A stretch of DNA of 64,000 nt from the human T2T-CHM13v2.0 reference genome, Homo sapiens: NCBI RefSeq assembly GCF_009914755.1, contig NC_060947.1, one strand, 5' to 3'. The notes beneath the pieces are model-generated. The model searched no databases, was not told the origin of the DNA, and saw only the letters and a program-made list of their open reading frames with translations. Below, in pieces: positions 42,083-61,363 of this stretch. How positions within the stretch are numbered: position 1 is the first letter of the stretch; each line of letters opens with the position of its first letter. Position numbers and translations under genes: made by a program.

Positions 42083-43999
42083 GCACTGTTAACAATTCCA
42101 TATAATATCTAATAACATCTCATGGGATACTGTTGTTCCATGAAGTCACTGTGTGGCCTCAAATGTAGTGGTTACAAGCAGGGTCCCTGAAACCAAACTA
42201 TTCTGAATTACTTACCAGTTGACCTTGGGCAAGTTACTTAACATCTCTGTGCCTCAGTTTTCTCATCTATAAAATAGGAATAATAGCAATTTGTTTCATT
42301 AGGAAGTCATAAGGATTAGTTGAATAAGTGTTAGTGGTTATTATTTGGAGCATTCTGAGGATACTGCTCTTGAAGTATTGGTATGAAGTTGATGGCACTG
42401 TTAGCCTCTCTACTGTTATTTGAAGAATCCATATCATTGTGAAATTAAAAAAAAAATCTTGACTATGGCACTCCCATATAATGTACCACACAGAATTGCC
42501 CGTGTGAGAAGAAACAGCTCTGTTGCAAAGAAATTCCTGTAATTCCATAGCATCTCTCTTTGAGTCATTCAGTTTGGGGTTCGTTGTAAAAGTACTACTT
42601 TTTTCTCTATCCACAGCATGACAGTTCTTACCTTTTGACAGTCTTGTGGACTGCTGTGCTTGTGGTAATCCAATCACAGCTGCTTTGCAGGATGACTGCT
42701 CCTCTATTTGAAAGGCATCCTCAAGGGTATTTTGCGTATGTGATTTAGCTTGTATTCTAAGCATCCTAAACATCTCTGTAAGTGTGCTGAAAATTCATCT
42801 AATTTGTATTGTCACATGGTGACAGTCAAACAGGAAATTAACTTTATTTCTATTAATTTCATCCTAAGAGCACTCTCAGAAACATTCTATATTTAAAGCT
42901 GCATTTCAAGTACACAGTAATGAGATATATTCAGATATACCCTTTCCTTTGATTCAAATATCGGCCCCTATTATTTTTAGGTGTGTGTTACTCAAAATAG
43001 ATGCTTTTTAAACTTATGTCCCTTTGTGATGCTATGAGAGTATTTGACTACCACATCTTTTTGATAATCAGAAGTTAATGACTTGTCCAAAGTTATCTAT
43101 GCTGAAAGGCAATAGAATGACATACAAAGCATCTTGCCATCTTTCTAAACAGCTTAGCATAGTTCAACAAAGTTACTGGCCACAGAGGGAAAAATCTACA
43201 TCTATATTTAAAGAGAGAGATCTGTTTAAGTTAGGAATTGAACAATAAAAGAAAAATGAATTTCACCCTCCTAATCTGACTAGTGTTTACTAGCCCCATT
43301 TAACTAAAAGAATGAGGATCAATTACTCATTTTTTTCTCTACTTGATTAAAATGTGTAATGGGTAAGGGATTCTCCAGGTGAGGTATGAAATCGCTGAAA
43401 AGAGACACACAGTGATGATATATCCTCAGGTGAAGTCATTGCAGTCCAGATGCTGGTCTTCAGTGCAAAGGCTGAAAAATTTGATTTGGTTAGCACACAG
43501 CAAACAGATCTGACATGGGTTCAAACTAAACCAAATATGGAGAACTCCATAGACAGGACCAGAACATTCACTCCTGAAGGGAGAGCTCTATGGGAAGCCA
43601 ACTTATAATCAAAAGTGTCTGGAAGGAAGTGAGATTGAGCAAGGGTAATTAGCTGTATGATTTGAGTGATTCGTGGCATGAAAATTTCTCAGAATGAGGC
43701 TCCATCACCTAGCATGGAACATGCGCTACAGGGAACAAACAACTATTTTCATTTTCATTCCCTTTCTCTAGTTGGAGTCTGGATGGGCACTGACATCACC
43801 TAGCTCCTTAGATCTTCCTTGTCTATGCCTTGGTTCACTGTCTCCTTTTCTTCACCCTGTATTTCTCCGGAAGGACTGCGTTATCATCAACTGCATTCTA
43901 TCTTACTAAATTTATAGTCATAGTTCAGTGCTGCCTTCTGGAGAAAACATCCTGATTTTCTTGATAGAGTTTTGCCTACTTCTGATCTCCTTAGCCAAC

Positions 44000-44536
44000 T
44001 GTTACTGGAAAGGGGTCCCGATCCAGATCCCAAGAGTGGGTTCCTGGATCTCACACAAGAAGGAATTGGGGGTGAGTCCATAGAGTAAAGTGAAAACAAG
44101 TTTATTAAGAAAGTAAAGGAATAAAAGAATGGCTACTCCATAGGCCGAGCAGCCCCAAGGGCTGTTGGTTGTCCATTTTTATGCTTATTTCTTGATTATA
44201 TGCTAAACAAGGGGTGGATTATTCATGCCTCCCCTTTTTAGATCATACAGGGTAACTTTCTAATGTTGCCATGGCATCTGTAAACTGTCATGGCACTGGT
44301 GGGAGTGTAGCAATGAGGATGACCAGAGGTCACTCTTGTCACCATCTTGGTTTTGCAGCTTCTTCACTGCAGTTTTATCAACAAGGTCTTTATGACCTGT
44401 ACCTTGTGCTGACCTCCTGTCTCATCCTGTGACTTAGAATACTTAACCCTCTGGGAATGCAGCCCAGTAGGTTTCAGCCTCATTTTACCCAGCTCCTATT
44501 TAAGATGGCATTGCTCTGGTTCAAACACCTCTGACA
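44000..44536 (-). mobile_element. MER41 LTR (MER41A-like), 3' LTR of a truncated provirus
   Basis: Minus strand begins TGTCAGAGGTGTTTGAACCAGAGCAA; preceded on the minus strand by a PPT (aagggaaggggaaa). Confidence 0.85.
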
Positions 44537-48797
<4,261 letters not shown>

Positions 48798-50325
48798 GAT
48801 AGAGTTTTGGCTACTTCTGATCTCCTTAGCCACCCATTTACACACCAGTTACGATAATATTAGTCTGTTGGTCCAGGTACAGATGAATAAAAATTCATTT
48901 AGGACTAATTTTCTTAATTAAACTCTCACAGGGCAATTTTATTTCTCTTATATTCTCACTTGATCTCTCGTCTTCTCTGTCACCTTCATGTGCTACCCAT
49001 GGTGTTACTTCCCTCCCTTCATCCTCCTCACAGGGCAGACTCTTGGATTTTTAGAGAGAAGATTTGTATTTATAGCCCAAGGCAGGGATAGCTATAAGCT
49101 TCAGGTCAAGCATTTTTATAGCTACCAACCCCTTGAATAATTTCTGAATATGATTCTATAAAACATTCACAAAGTAAAGTCTAAGTCTGACATTTCAAAC
49201 ACAAAATATGTCTTCAATGAACCCTGGGTGTAATGATAACATAGTCATTCACTGAGTTTTCAATTTTTTTTCCATTTCATCACAATACCAGATGAGATAC
49301 ACAAGGGGTTGAAAAAAACAACTGTGTTCTTTCTCTGCGGAGACTGCAGTTGACAGTGATGCAAAAAACAATTAACCTTTCTGAAAAGCCCTGTTTATCC
49401 TAACCTTATTGTTTCCTGTTCTTTTCAAACTTGGAGCACTCTGGGCCTTGTTGCCTCTAGAGCTTTCAAGATGGAGGGAAGACCTGGAGTAAATCCAGAG
49501 AATATGCACTAACCTGAACAGCTTCCTAAGAGGGGGCTGGCTCTTTGTCTGTAGGAAGCAGTTCATTTCTGAGTCATTTCAGCAAAGTTCTGGTTTGGTG
49601 TACACTGTATAGAACAAACACATAGGGGTTTGTGGAAGTCGAGGAAGCTCTGGACAAGATCCTCTCCTTTCAGATCTCCTGAGATTTTGGGGTCAGCCTG
49701 ATCTCATGGTTACTGGGAGGCCCCAAAGCAGCCTTTAAGTATGTATGTAGTTATTCCTGGGAGCCTTCCTAGAGGCAAGCATACCAAGTGTAACTTGCAG
49801 GTAAATTGTAGTTCATAGATCTTGGGGAAAGCTAAGGGACAGTATCATGGGATGATGCCCAATCACAAAAATCAGGTAGATTACCCAAGAAGTCATCATT
49901 CTTAAGCAGCTTTAGAGAGAGAATCCAGGTAACAAACCAATGAAAGAATGTGCTCAAGAGTTAGGATGAGAGTCAGGGCCTGGTGAGCTTCTTATGTTGA
50001 CAAAGGGGTAGTTTTAAAACATCCATTTTACAATATACAATACATACCTAAAATAATTCACAAACAACCATGTACATCATGAGATATAAACACTCATTTT
50101 GAGAGCAAAACATTACCCAATGCATTGAAGCCGCTGTGTTCTCTTCTGTAATTGAATACCTGTGTCCACCAGAGGTAATCATGATCTTGAATTTCCTAAT
50201 TTGCCTATATTTATACTATGAATGTAGGCATTTCTAAATTATATATATATTTGCAAGTTATATACTTCACATATATATGTATATATGTATATGCTATCAT
50301 TTTTCATGAATTCTTCCGTAACGTA

Positions 50326-50624
<299 letters not shown>

Positions 50625-51126
50625 TAATTTTTTTTATTCAGCAGTGTTTGTGAGATCTATTTAGGTTGATGCATGTAGCAGAGGTTCGTATTTGTCTCAA
50701 CAGCAGGGCTTTTTATGCTGTGGGCCTAGTTTTGGAAAGGAAGGAAGAAAGAAGGAGGGAGCCACTTAAAGGCCCTGATCTGTTATGGGCAGTCCAGATT
50801 GTGCACTTAGTGTCCCAAAGTGGTGACCCAATTCACCCATCAGTCAGCTGCAAGAGTGGCGACGTGATGCAGCTGGCGGAGGAAGCTAATTATAATGGAG
50901 AAAACTGAATTTGCATAGAGAACCAGGAATCAACTAAATCCAAATAACATTTCCTGGTTAAAAAAACACTAAATAAAGATTTAATAAATGCATGTTTACT
51001 GTTTTAAAAAATAGTTTTTTGAGTTAGATACAACAAAATTTCAAAAATTAGGCAGTTTTACAAGTGCTATGGGAAAAATAGCCTAATTAAATTTTTCTCT
51101 CCTCTTTTTTTTCTCCACCGTCTTAG

Positions 51127-51602
<476 letters not shown>

Positions 51603-51849
51603 TAGTATTCTTTTTATTTTTTCAGTCCTCCTTGACTGCTTTCTGTTTGTTTGAAGCAATTTAGATCAGAAATGGGCCAAGTGCAACCACAATGGGGACA
51701 GATGTCAGTTAGGAACTTCATGAGTTCTCATCAGTAGCCCAAATATCGGAAAACTTTGGCATTTCACCATTTAGCCAGACATGAAAATGGAATTTAGCTA
51801 ATAAAGTGGTATTGATGAGAACACTTAATTTGCTAATAAAGTCATAATT

Positions 51850-52070
51850 TTTAGTTAAGAGGAAGGACTACCTAAGTTTGAGTACCAGCTCTGGCAAGTA
51901 TTAGTCGTGTGACTTTGAGCAAGCTACTCAACTTCCCTATGCCTTGGTTTCCTCATCGGTAAAACAAAGATAATAACAGTATCCACCTTATAGGGTTGTT
52001 GTAAAGATTAAGGAAGTTTATACATATGTAGTGCCTGTCACCTAAGTGTTCAATAAATGTTAGCTATTAT
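51850..52070 (+). mobile_element. MIR
   Basis: gtgtgactttgagcaagctactcaacttc...gtttcctcatc...ttcaataaatgttagctattatt. Confidence 0.8.
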
Positions 52071-52987
52071 TTATTTGTAATGCCATTGTCAGATCAGTCT
52101 TACTGGGGATTTGCCTCCAGCACAGCTGCGAGAAGAAAGGGACCTGGAGAGTAAAAATTTCCCATCATACCCCAGAAACCACTTGAATTTTTAAAAATAA
52201 GTTTCTTGTGAAGAAAGTTGAACGATGTGGGCACAGTTGAATTTCATATCCACTGTAGGCAGAGCTCATATTTAGCTGGTTTCCCCGGCATGACTTCACC
52301 TAATATTTCAGCCAGCATCAATTCTGATTGGTTGCGTCGCCTGCTCTAATTGGTCACATCATTGTTCTGATCATTTGCAAAATCCACTGTGATTGGCTGC
52401 TGCCTGTACCGTCTTTGTTTTAAAATATATTTGGTCATTACACCTTACCCCAGAAAAAAAGGAGCAGAAATAGTGTTCCTTCCTCAGTCACTGCCAACTA
52501 TGCAATGTGTAGGTTTTGTGTCTTGTATGGCTCCCCAAGCTACAATCAGAAGCTTATGTTTATTTTACCTGAGGAGAAAACTTATCATGTGATTATATTC
52601 ACATGTTGAAAAAATCTTTAATGTGCCCAAAGCCACTAGGATCTTTAGAAATGGAAATAATTTAAGTATTCTTGATTGATGTTTATTTCACAGTTAAGAG
52701 CCCAGAAGCTTCATTTCCACTTTTCCAAGATATTCAACTAATCTTGAAGAAACAAAAGTTTCGATGAAAATTATTGCACTTTTTCTATGCATAGAATTCA
52801 GGTGGCAACAAAATGTAGTTAATAATTTCAAAGAAATCATGAATAATATTTTTGACATTAGTAGTCAAGTCATGAAAAGTAAACTAATTTGTGTAATGCC
52901 CTGCCAAAAAAAATTATGTTGTTTATAGGGGGTGACATATTAACTAGGAATTGATGACATTCCAAGGGGAATTTAAAATCATTTCTG

Positions 52988-53585
<598 letters not shown>

Positions 53586-53594
53586 TCATTATCA

Positions 53595-54005
<411 letters not shown>

Positions 54006-54574
54006 TTAAATTGGGTGTAATATACAACAGAGTATCAAGAATAAAGTCATTGGTTTCCTGGCTCTTCAAACTTTTTTGAGAATAGCATAAGAAAGGCTGT
54101 TTATAAATCCAAGAGATACTTTTACAGAAAAGAGATTTTCTAAAGCTACGTCTTGTCTCCTTGTTCCATCTGCATTAACTGCATTAGATGTGTTGTCTCA
54201 TTTTGTTCTGAGTTCTTGTAATATGACTCAGGCTTCACCACTCTTAACAGCTTGGTGTATTCAGAAGTCATTCCAAAGTGGGTGGCATGATGTTGAGGGT
54301 GTATGCTGTTGAATCACACAGCCAGAGTTCAAATCTTACTTTCGGCATGAAATATCTGTATCATTTTAGACAAGATGTTTCCATGGATAAATCTAGTTTC
54401 CCCATTTGACAACAGAAATAATATCAGTGACCTCATAAGATTGTTCTAAGGATTAAATAAGCTAATATTACAAACAGCTTAGAGCAATGCCAGCATACAG
54501 TAAGCACTCAAAAATTGTTGGTTATAATCATTAGCCCTATAGTTGGTTTGTGGTGCCCTTGATTTGCTAGTTGC

Positions 54575-55010
54575 AGTAGACACTATCAGTGCTCTACTCA
54601 GATCCCCTGGAGTCCCTCTCACCTCCTAGTTTTCATGCACTTTATTCTAAGGACTTGAAGTACAAAATTACCTTCGGGTGACTGGAGTTTCCCATAGGAT
54701 TAAAGAGACACAAGTGCCAGGTAAACTTGAGTGTTAACTGGGTAGCCCAAAGCCAATGGTTGACGGGTACAGAAATCCATTGCCTCAAGGCAGAACAGAC
54801 TCTGCAATGCAACTTAAGCTCCAGAGCTTCCCGTGGGATGATGCTGAGGCTGGACTTCACCTAAAAATCACACCCTTGCTTAGCCCCTCTCCCTGCCTTC
54901 TCCTGCCTCCCTTACTCCCTTATAGATTTCTCTTGAGAGCACTACATAAGTCGCTTGCACACAAATCTACATAGCAGAATTCGCTTCTAGAAAACCCAGT
55001 CTGAGACACT
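54575..55010. mobile_element. Ancient ERVL LTR (LTR16/LTR33-like)
   Basis: Degenerate end ...tcgcttgcacacaaatct...cttctagaaaacccagtctgagaca. Confidence 0.5.
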
Positions 55011-55334
55011 ATGAAGTTTGTATTACCAAAGCTATTACTATTTAGTAAAGTTCGTTTCAGGGGAAATATAATAAGTCTGCAAGGTGAGCATTAAAATAAA
55101 GAATTTTGGTTCATTTGATTTACAAGCTATGATCTTCCCAACAATTTTTATCACAGTCATTGTGGTTTACATACTGGTAAAGAAAAAAGTCCAAGCTAAA
55201 GAAAGAAGCCCAAGATTAAGCATCTTGGTCAGATAATATAACTTTCTGTTGGCTTTTCTCCCTTTATCTCCTCTGAATAGCCATTTTATTATGAATTTAA
55301 GTACAACCTAAATCAGTTCAGGGTACCTTAACTT

Positions 55335-55381
55335 TAGCGCAGTGGGTCTGCATGGCAATTAAATTCTGCAAACATTTTTCT

Positions 55382-55434
<53 letters not shown>

Positions 55435-55845
55435 AAATATTTATTATAAAGAATTGGCTCATATGATTATGGAGGCTGAGAAGTTCAGACCTAGGAGAGA
55501 TGATGGTATAATTTGAATCTGAGTCCAAAGGCTGAGAACCGGGAGAGCTGATGCAATAAGTTCCAATCCATGTCTGGCAGTCAGTAGCAAGGGAAAACTG
55601 ATGTCCCAGCCTGAAGACAGGGAGAGAAAATTCATTCTTACTCAGCTTTTTACTCTATTCAGACCTTCAGCGGGTTAGACGAGGTACATCCATATTGGGG
55701 AGGGCAACCTACTTTACTCAGTCTACTAATTCAAATATTAATCTCATACAGAAACACCCTCACAGAAACATCCAGAAATAATGTTTAACAAAATATCTGG
55801 GCTCCCAGTGGTCCAGTTAAGTTGATACAAATAATTAACTGTCTC
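55335..55845 (-). mobile_element. MLT2 (ERVL) LTR containing (GATA)n at 55382-55433
   Basis: aaagaattggctcatatgattatggaggctgagaag...aaacaccctcacagaaacatccagaaataatg. Confidence 0.8.
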
Positions 55846-57490
55846 AGGAATTTATATAAAGCTGGCTATAGCCCCCGTTCCCACACTTTTGTGAATTGTA
55901 TAGCTCATCCTGACTCTGTACCCCCGCATCTGTTGAACTCTCCTCTCTCCTTGCATCTCACCACTTATGGCTATTCCTTACTCTTTTCTTTGCCAGGCCA
56001 GAGAACTTAGTCCTTTTTCCTTGATATCCTCCAAAACCATCAATACAAGAAATTTAGATGGGTAACAGATTTTATTACAACAGTAAACTTTGGTGCTAGC
56101 TATTACAATAGTTTTCATCATGCTATAGAGGTACAAATGGATATTTTGGGGGGAGTCTAAAGGAAGAAGTAATTAATTACAAGTAAGATAGAAACTGAAG
56201 CAATGGTTTCACAGAAAAGGTGAACGTTTGTGCTTGCCTTTGAAATGTGAAAAGGACTTTTCACATTGGCAAATATAGGTCAACTATGTTTTGGCTGTTT
56301 ACCATGAGCCACAAAGCCACCTTCAGACTGTACTAATCAGTTTCAGAAGGAAATGGAAACCAAAATTTTTTTTAGACTGAAAAAGATTACAAAGAATAAA
56401 CTTATCTGAAAAGTTAGTAAAGTGGAGTTTGGGAGGCAGTGGATTTATTGTTCGTTTGTGTGTTTATTTGTTTGAATAGCTTGTCCTTTGAGATAAAAAT
56501 GTAGAAGACGGAGAAAGCGTAAAAATTGTACTGAATCAATATTTTAGGCCTGACACCCAAATGTGCTTCACAGTCCACATACCCACTAAAGTGTGGCATT
56601 GATTAAGGTGGGACTGGTCTTTGGGGACTCGTAAAGGTGCTCCATACCCAGAAGGCACATGGCAAGCCTGATAATTACCTCCAGGCATAAATCATCAGCT
56701 GGGGAATAGGCATCTGTCTACTACCATTGCATTTTAAGTTCATTCAAGAGGCTGAAATATATTTGTATACATTCTTCTCCTTCAGACTAAGCAGGAAGGA
56801 GTGGTAGGAGATAGCGAGACACAGGTTTTCACTGTTAGAGGGTAAGAATATTTTTAAGGTTCTCTATGGAGAGCAAGTCACTCAAATTTATTGACGGCTT
56901 TACTGCAATGAAGAAAAAGCAGAAATGTTGCAAATAAAATTGAGCTATCAACAATTATTGCAAATGGATAAAAATACTGACAGTTTCGAAGCACAAAATG
57001 GAAATCATTGTTGATTATTTTGATTTTGTACCTTAGATTGCTTTTCATTTACTTCAAAAGAACTCAGACTAACATGTACGTGGGTCATAATATCTACTCC
57101 AAAAAAATCTCATTAACAAATTTTTACTCTACTTGATCTCTCACACCTAAAAACAAATACTGTTAAATATCTACTTTGTGGTATTGACTTGTACTTAAAA
57201 ATCCTCAACTTATTAGTGAATATTCATTTCAGCAGTATATTGTGAGCTTTATTCTCACTAAGGGTACATCATTTCCATTTGACCACCATACATGAAAACA
57301 TATCTGCACATGTTTTCTTTGGCACCTAATCTTGGGCTTGCCTCAGTGGTAAACTCTATTGGTTGCCTTACAACATAACATTTCTCCTTTCTTTCTATCC
57401 AAATCAAAGTTTTATTCAGCTCTAGCAGTGAATTTTTTAAACAAATTTTTTCTCAAAAAAAATTTTTTTTATTTTTTAAAAAATGTTTTA

Positions 57491-57787
<297 letters not shown>

Positions 57788-57789
57788 TT

Positions 57790-58578
57790 AAATATTTGTG
57801 GGTACATAGTAGGTGTATATATTTATGGGATACATGAGATGTTTTGATACAGGCATGCCATGTGAAACAAACACATCATGGAGAATGGGGTATCCATCTC
57901 CTCAAGTGTTTATCCCTTGAGTTACAAATAATCCAAATAAATTCTTTACTTTAAAATATATTATTAAGTTATTATTGACTATAGTCACCACACTGTGCTA
58001 TCAAATAGTAGGTCTTATTCATACTTTCTATTTTTTTAACTCATTAACCATCCCCCCCCCGACCCGAGCCCCACACTACCCTTTCCAGCCTCTGGCAACC
58101 ATCCTTCTACTATCTATGTCCAGGAGTTCAATTGATTTGATTTTTAAATCCCACAAATAAGTGAGAACATGCGAAGTTTGTCTTTCTGTACCAGGCTTAT
58201 TTCACTTAACATAGTGATCTCCAGACCATCCATGTTGTTGCAAATGACTGGATTACACTCTTTTTTATGGCTGAATAGTACACCATTGTGTATATGTACC
58301 ACGTTTTGTTTATCCATTCATCTGTTGATGGCTGCTTCCAAATCTTGGCTATTGTGAACAGTGCTGCAACAAGCATAGGAGTGCAGATATCTCTTCAATA
58401 TACTGGCTTCCTTTTTTTGGGTATATACCTAGGAGTGGGATTGCTGGATCATATGGTAGATCAATTTGTAGTTTCTTGAGGAACTGCCAAACTGTTCTCT
58501 ATAGTGGTTGTACTAATTTACATTTTCACCAACAGTGTATGAAAGTTCCTTTTCCTCTGCATCCTCGCCAGCAAATGT
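57790..58578 (-). mobile_element. L1MA 3' portion
   Basis: gggtacatagtaggtgtatatatttatgggatacatgagatg, an L1MA 3' UTR. Confidence 0.88.
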
Positions 58579-59857
58579 ATTTTGGTTTCTTGTGTAAAGC
58601 TGGCTCAGTTGAAATGCGCCACTAAATAAGCCAGAACTTAATATCTCCAAGAGACCACAGACCCCAGCCTAGTAACTCCCATTCACCTTATGGTTTTCTC
58701 TTAATGTGACTGATTTTGTCATTTCAGTGCTAGGAGAAGAGAAGGAAGGAGAAACAGGAGGGGAGCGTGCATTCAAATTGCTTATTTGGAATCCTGCAGA
58801 TAAGTTCAATATTTGGTTCAAATGGATTTGAAGTGATTTCAAGAATTATACATTCAGCCTGGAAGTCAGGGAGTCTAAGCGCCAAGCAATAATACCCTTT
58901 TAATACACTATAAATGTTTGATCATTTGTTTGTTTTTCCAAATCTTATCACTCTACCACTAAGAGCAAAATTAGTTTGACCTTCTCAAAAGCCTAAAGAC
59001 TCATTGTCCCCATAAAACACCAGGAGAACTGTTGGACTGGACTTCTAGTTTGGTAAACACTTTGGTTTAATCCTAATAGAATTGCCACAAAGCTTCTTAA
59101 CGGATTAACAGAAACTCCCAGCATGAACATACTGGCTCCCTAATGGAACTCAAATGCTTAATGAGTCACAGAAAAATGAACAAAAATATTCAGATCTGCC
59201 TTAAACCTTGGACGTTTTCCTAGCAAAGACCTTACCAATTTCAATATATAATTACATTTAGGGAAACTAACTTTAATTTTGATTCTAGAGCATTTTTCTC
59301 CGAGGAAGCGTTACTTGTAAGGTGCACCATAGGCACAGGGCCACAAATACCTGATATTCAGAGACATGTTAAACATTGGATTGTCCAAATAAATAAACTT
59401 GCCAGATCATTTTTAATATTTTTTTACATTTTATTTTATTGACACATAGTAGATGTACATATTTTCAGGGTACATGTTATAATTTCATACATTTATATAA
59501 TTTGTAAAGATCAAATCAGTGTAGTTGTGATATCCATCACCTTAAGTATTTATCTTTTCCTTATGCTAGAAACATTCTAATTATTCTCTTCTAGCTATTT
59601 CAGACCATTTTCTTGGGGGTTTGAAATAATAGATCACCATAGTCATAAGTAAGATTGTTACCTGAGACTATATCTATTATCTGTATCTACATATGTCTCT
59701 ATATAGAGATCTATATTATTTCAAATTATTAACGTGTTTATATTATATTCATATAAGATATATATTATTTCAAATACCTAGACTATATATAGAAATATAT
59801 ATAGAGATAGGTTTTCTCTCTACATATATAAGTGGAGAGAGTCTATATAAAGAGAGA

Positions 59858-60133
59858 CTCAGTATAGGCTGGGGATTGGTTTCAGGGCCCGGGTGTATAC
59901 CAAAAGCCACACATACTCAAGGCTAAAGTTGGCCTTGTGGAACTTGTGTATAGGGAGAGTTGGCCCACTGTAAATGTGGGTTTCATATTCCACAAATACT
60001 GTGTTTTCAATCTTCATTTGGTTGCAAATGCAGAACTCAAGGTTATGGAGATCCAACTTTGTTTATTTTTTAAAAATCCACATATAGATGAACCTGGGCA
60101 GTTCAAACCCATGTTGTTCAAGGATCCTCTGTA
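59858..60133. mobile_element. TcMar-Tigger relic (MER8/Tigger2-like)
   Basis: ggggattggtttcagg...tataccaaaa...catactcaag; gttcaaacccatgttgttcaagg. Confidence 0.65.
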
Positions 60134-60783
60134 TATTTTTTACTCTTCCCCATATTCCCATTTTACTACCCTTTCCCTTCCTTGTGTATTGTCTCTAGCC
60201 AGAATTGGTATAGAGGTCATGTCTCTAGGCAGCAGGGGTTAGTTGGCACTCACATCCCAAGAAACTACCATTCCCTTTCAATGCAAATTGCAGAAACAGA
60301 ACAATAAAGCCCATGTAATCCAGAACCTGGCTGAATGTTGGGGCTGGAAGGGGGAGTAAAGAAGACCCATCCCCTCAAAGGTAAGTCAGCTCATAAGGGA
60401 ATATCTAATATCAACTATATCCTTGGAGAAATAGGTATTTTATTCCTAAGAAAATGATATAAGTGAAAACTTCACTAATAAAAATGTCACCACTAATATT
60501 TTAGATTTCAGGCAAGTGACCATTTTATATCAACAGTAATCTTATAAGAATGTTCCTATGTTAATAGAAGTTATGGTTTAACCAATTTAAATTTATAATA
60601 AGATTAGGCTAACATGCATTTCATAATTTTTATAATTGTTCTTTTATTGCAGAGTAATTAAGCATAATGAAAATATTTAATGCAAAGAAATTAATAAAAT
60701 TCTTACACAGCAAGCAATTTTTTAAAGTTTTTAATCTCAGTATTGTGCTAGGATCTATAAAGGGCATCAATGTCTGCAACTTT

Positions 60784-61249
60784 TAAAATACCATAAACCT
60801 CAATCCACTTAAACATTTAATATCTTCTGATACATATTTTCATTATAGAATCAATGGGCTTATTACAGAAAATTACATAACCATATAATATGAACATTAA
60901 AGTCTCACATAGAATTCCACTTTCCAGAGGTGAATAGTCTCCATTTGTGTTGAATTTCCTTCCTGTCACTTTTATGTGTATATATATACACATATATATA
61001 TGCAATTTTCATATAGTTGGAAATTGCATGAAATTTACATATACATACTGTATAAAATATCATAAACCTCAATCTGCTTAAACATTTAATATTGTCTGGT
61101 ACATATTTTCATTAATAGAATCAATGGGCTTATTATAGAAAATTAGATAACCATATAATATGAACATTAAAGTCTCACATAGAATTCCACTTCCCAGAGG
61201 TAAATAGTCTCCATTTGTGTTGAATTTCCCTCCTGTAACTTTTATGTAT

Positions 61250-61308
<59 letters not shown>

Positions 61309-61363
61309 TATATACATATTTTCATATAGCTGGAAATTGCATGAAATTTACATATACATACTA
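60784..61363 (+). repeat. Local tandem duplication (~270-bp unit x2), (TA)n expanded in copy 2
   Basis: 60784-61052 aligns to 61053-61363. Confidence 0.95.

Noticed and set aside
42267-42773. 168-aa minus-strand ORF
   Set aside because: No recognisable homology, ends in MIR sequence, no supporting gene signals
44190-44260. MER41 as an interferon-gamma/STAT1 enhancer
   Set aside because: The tandem TTCnnnGAA segment of MER41B is absent here (attcatg joins directly to cctcccc), as in MER41A
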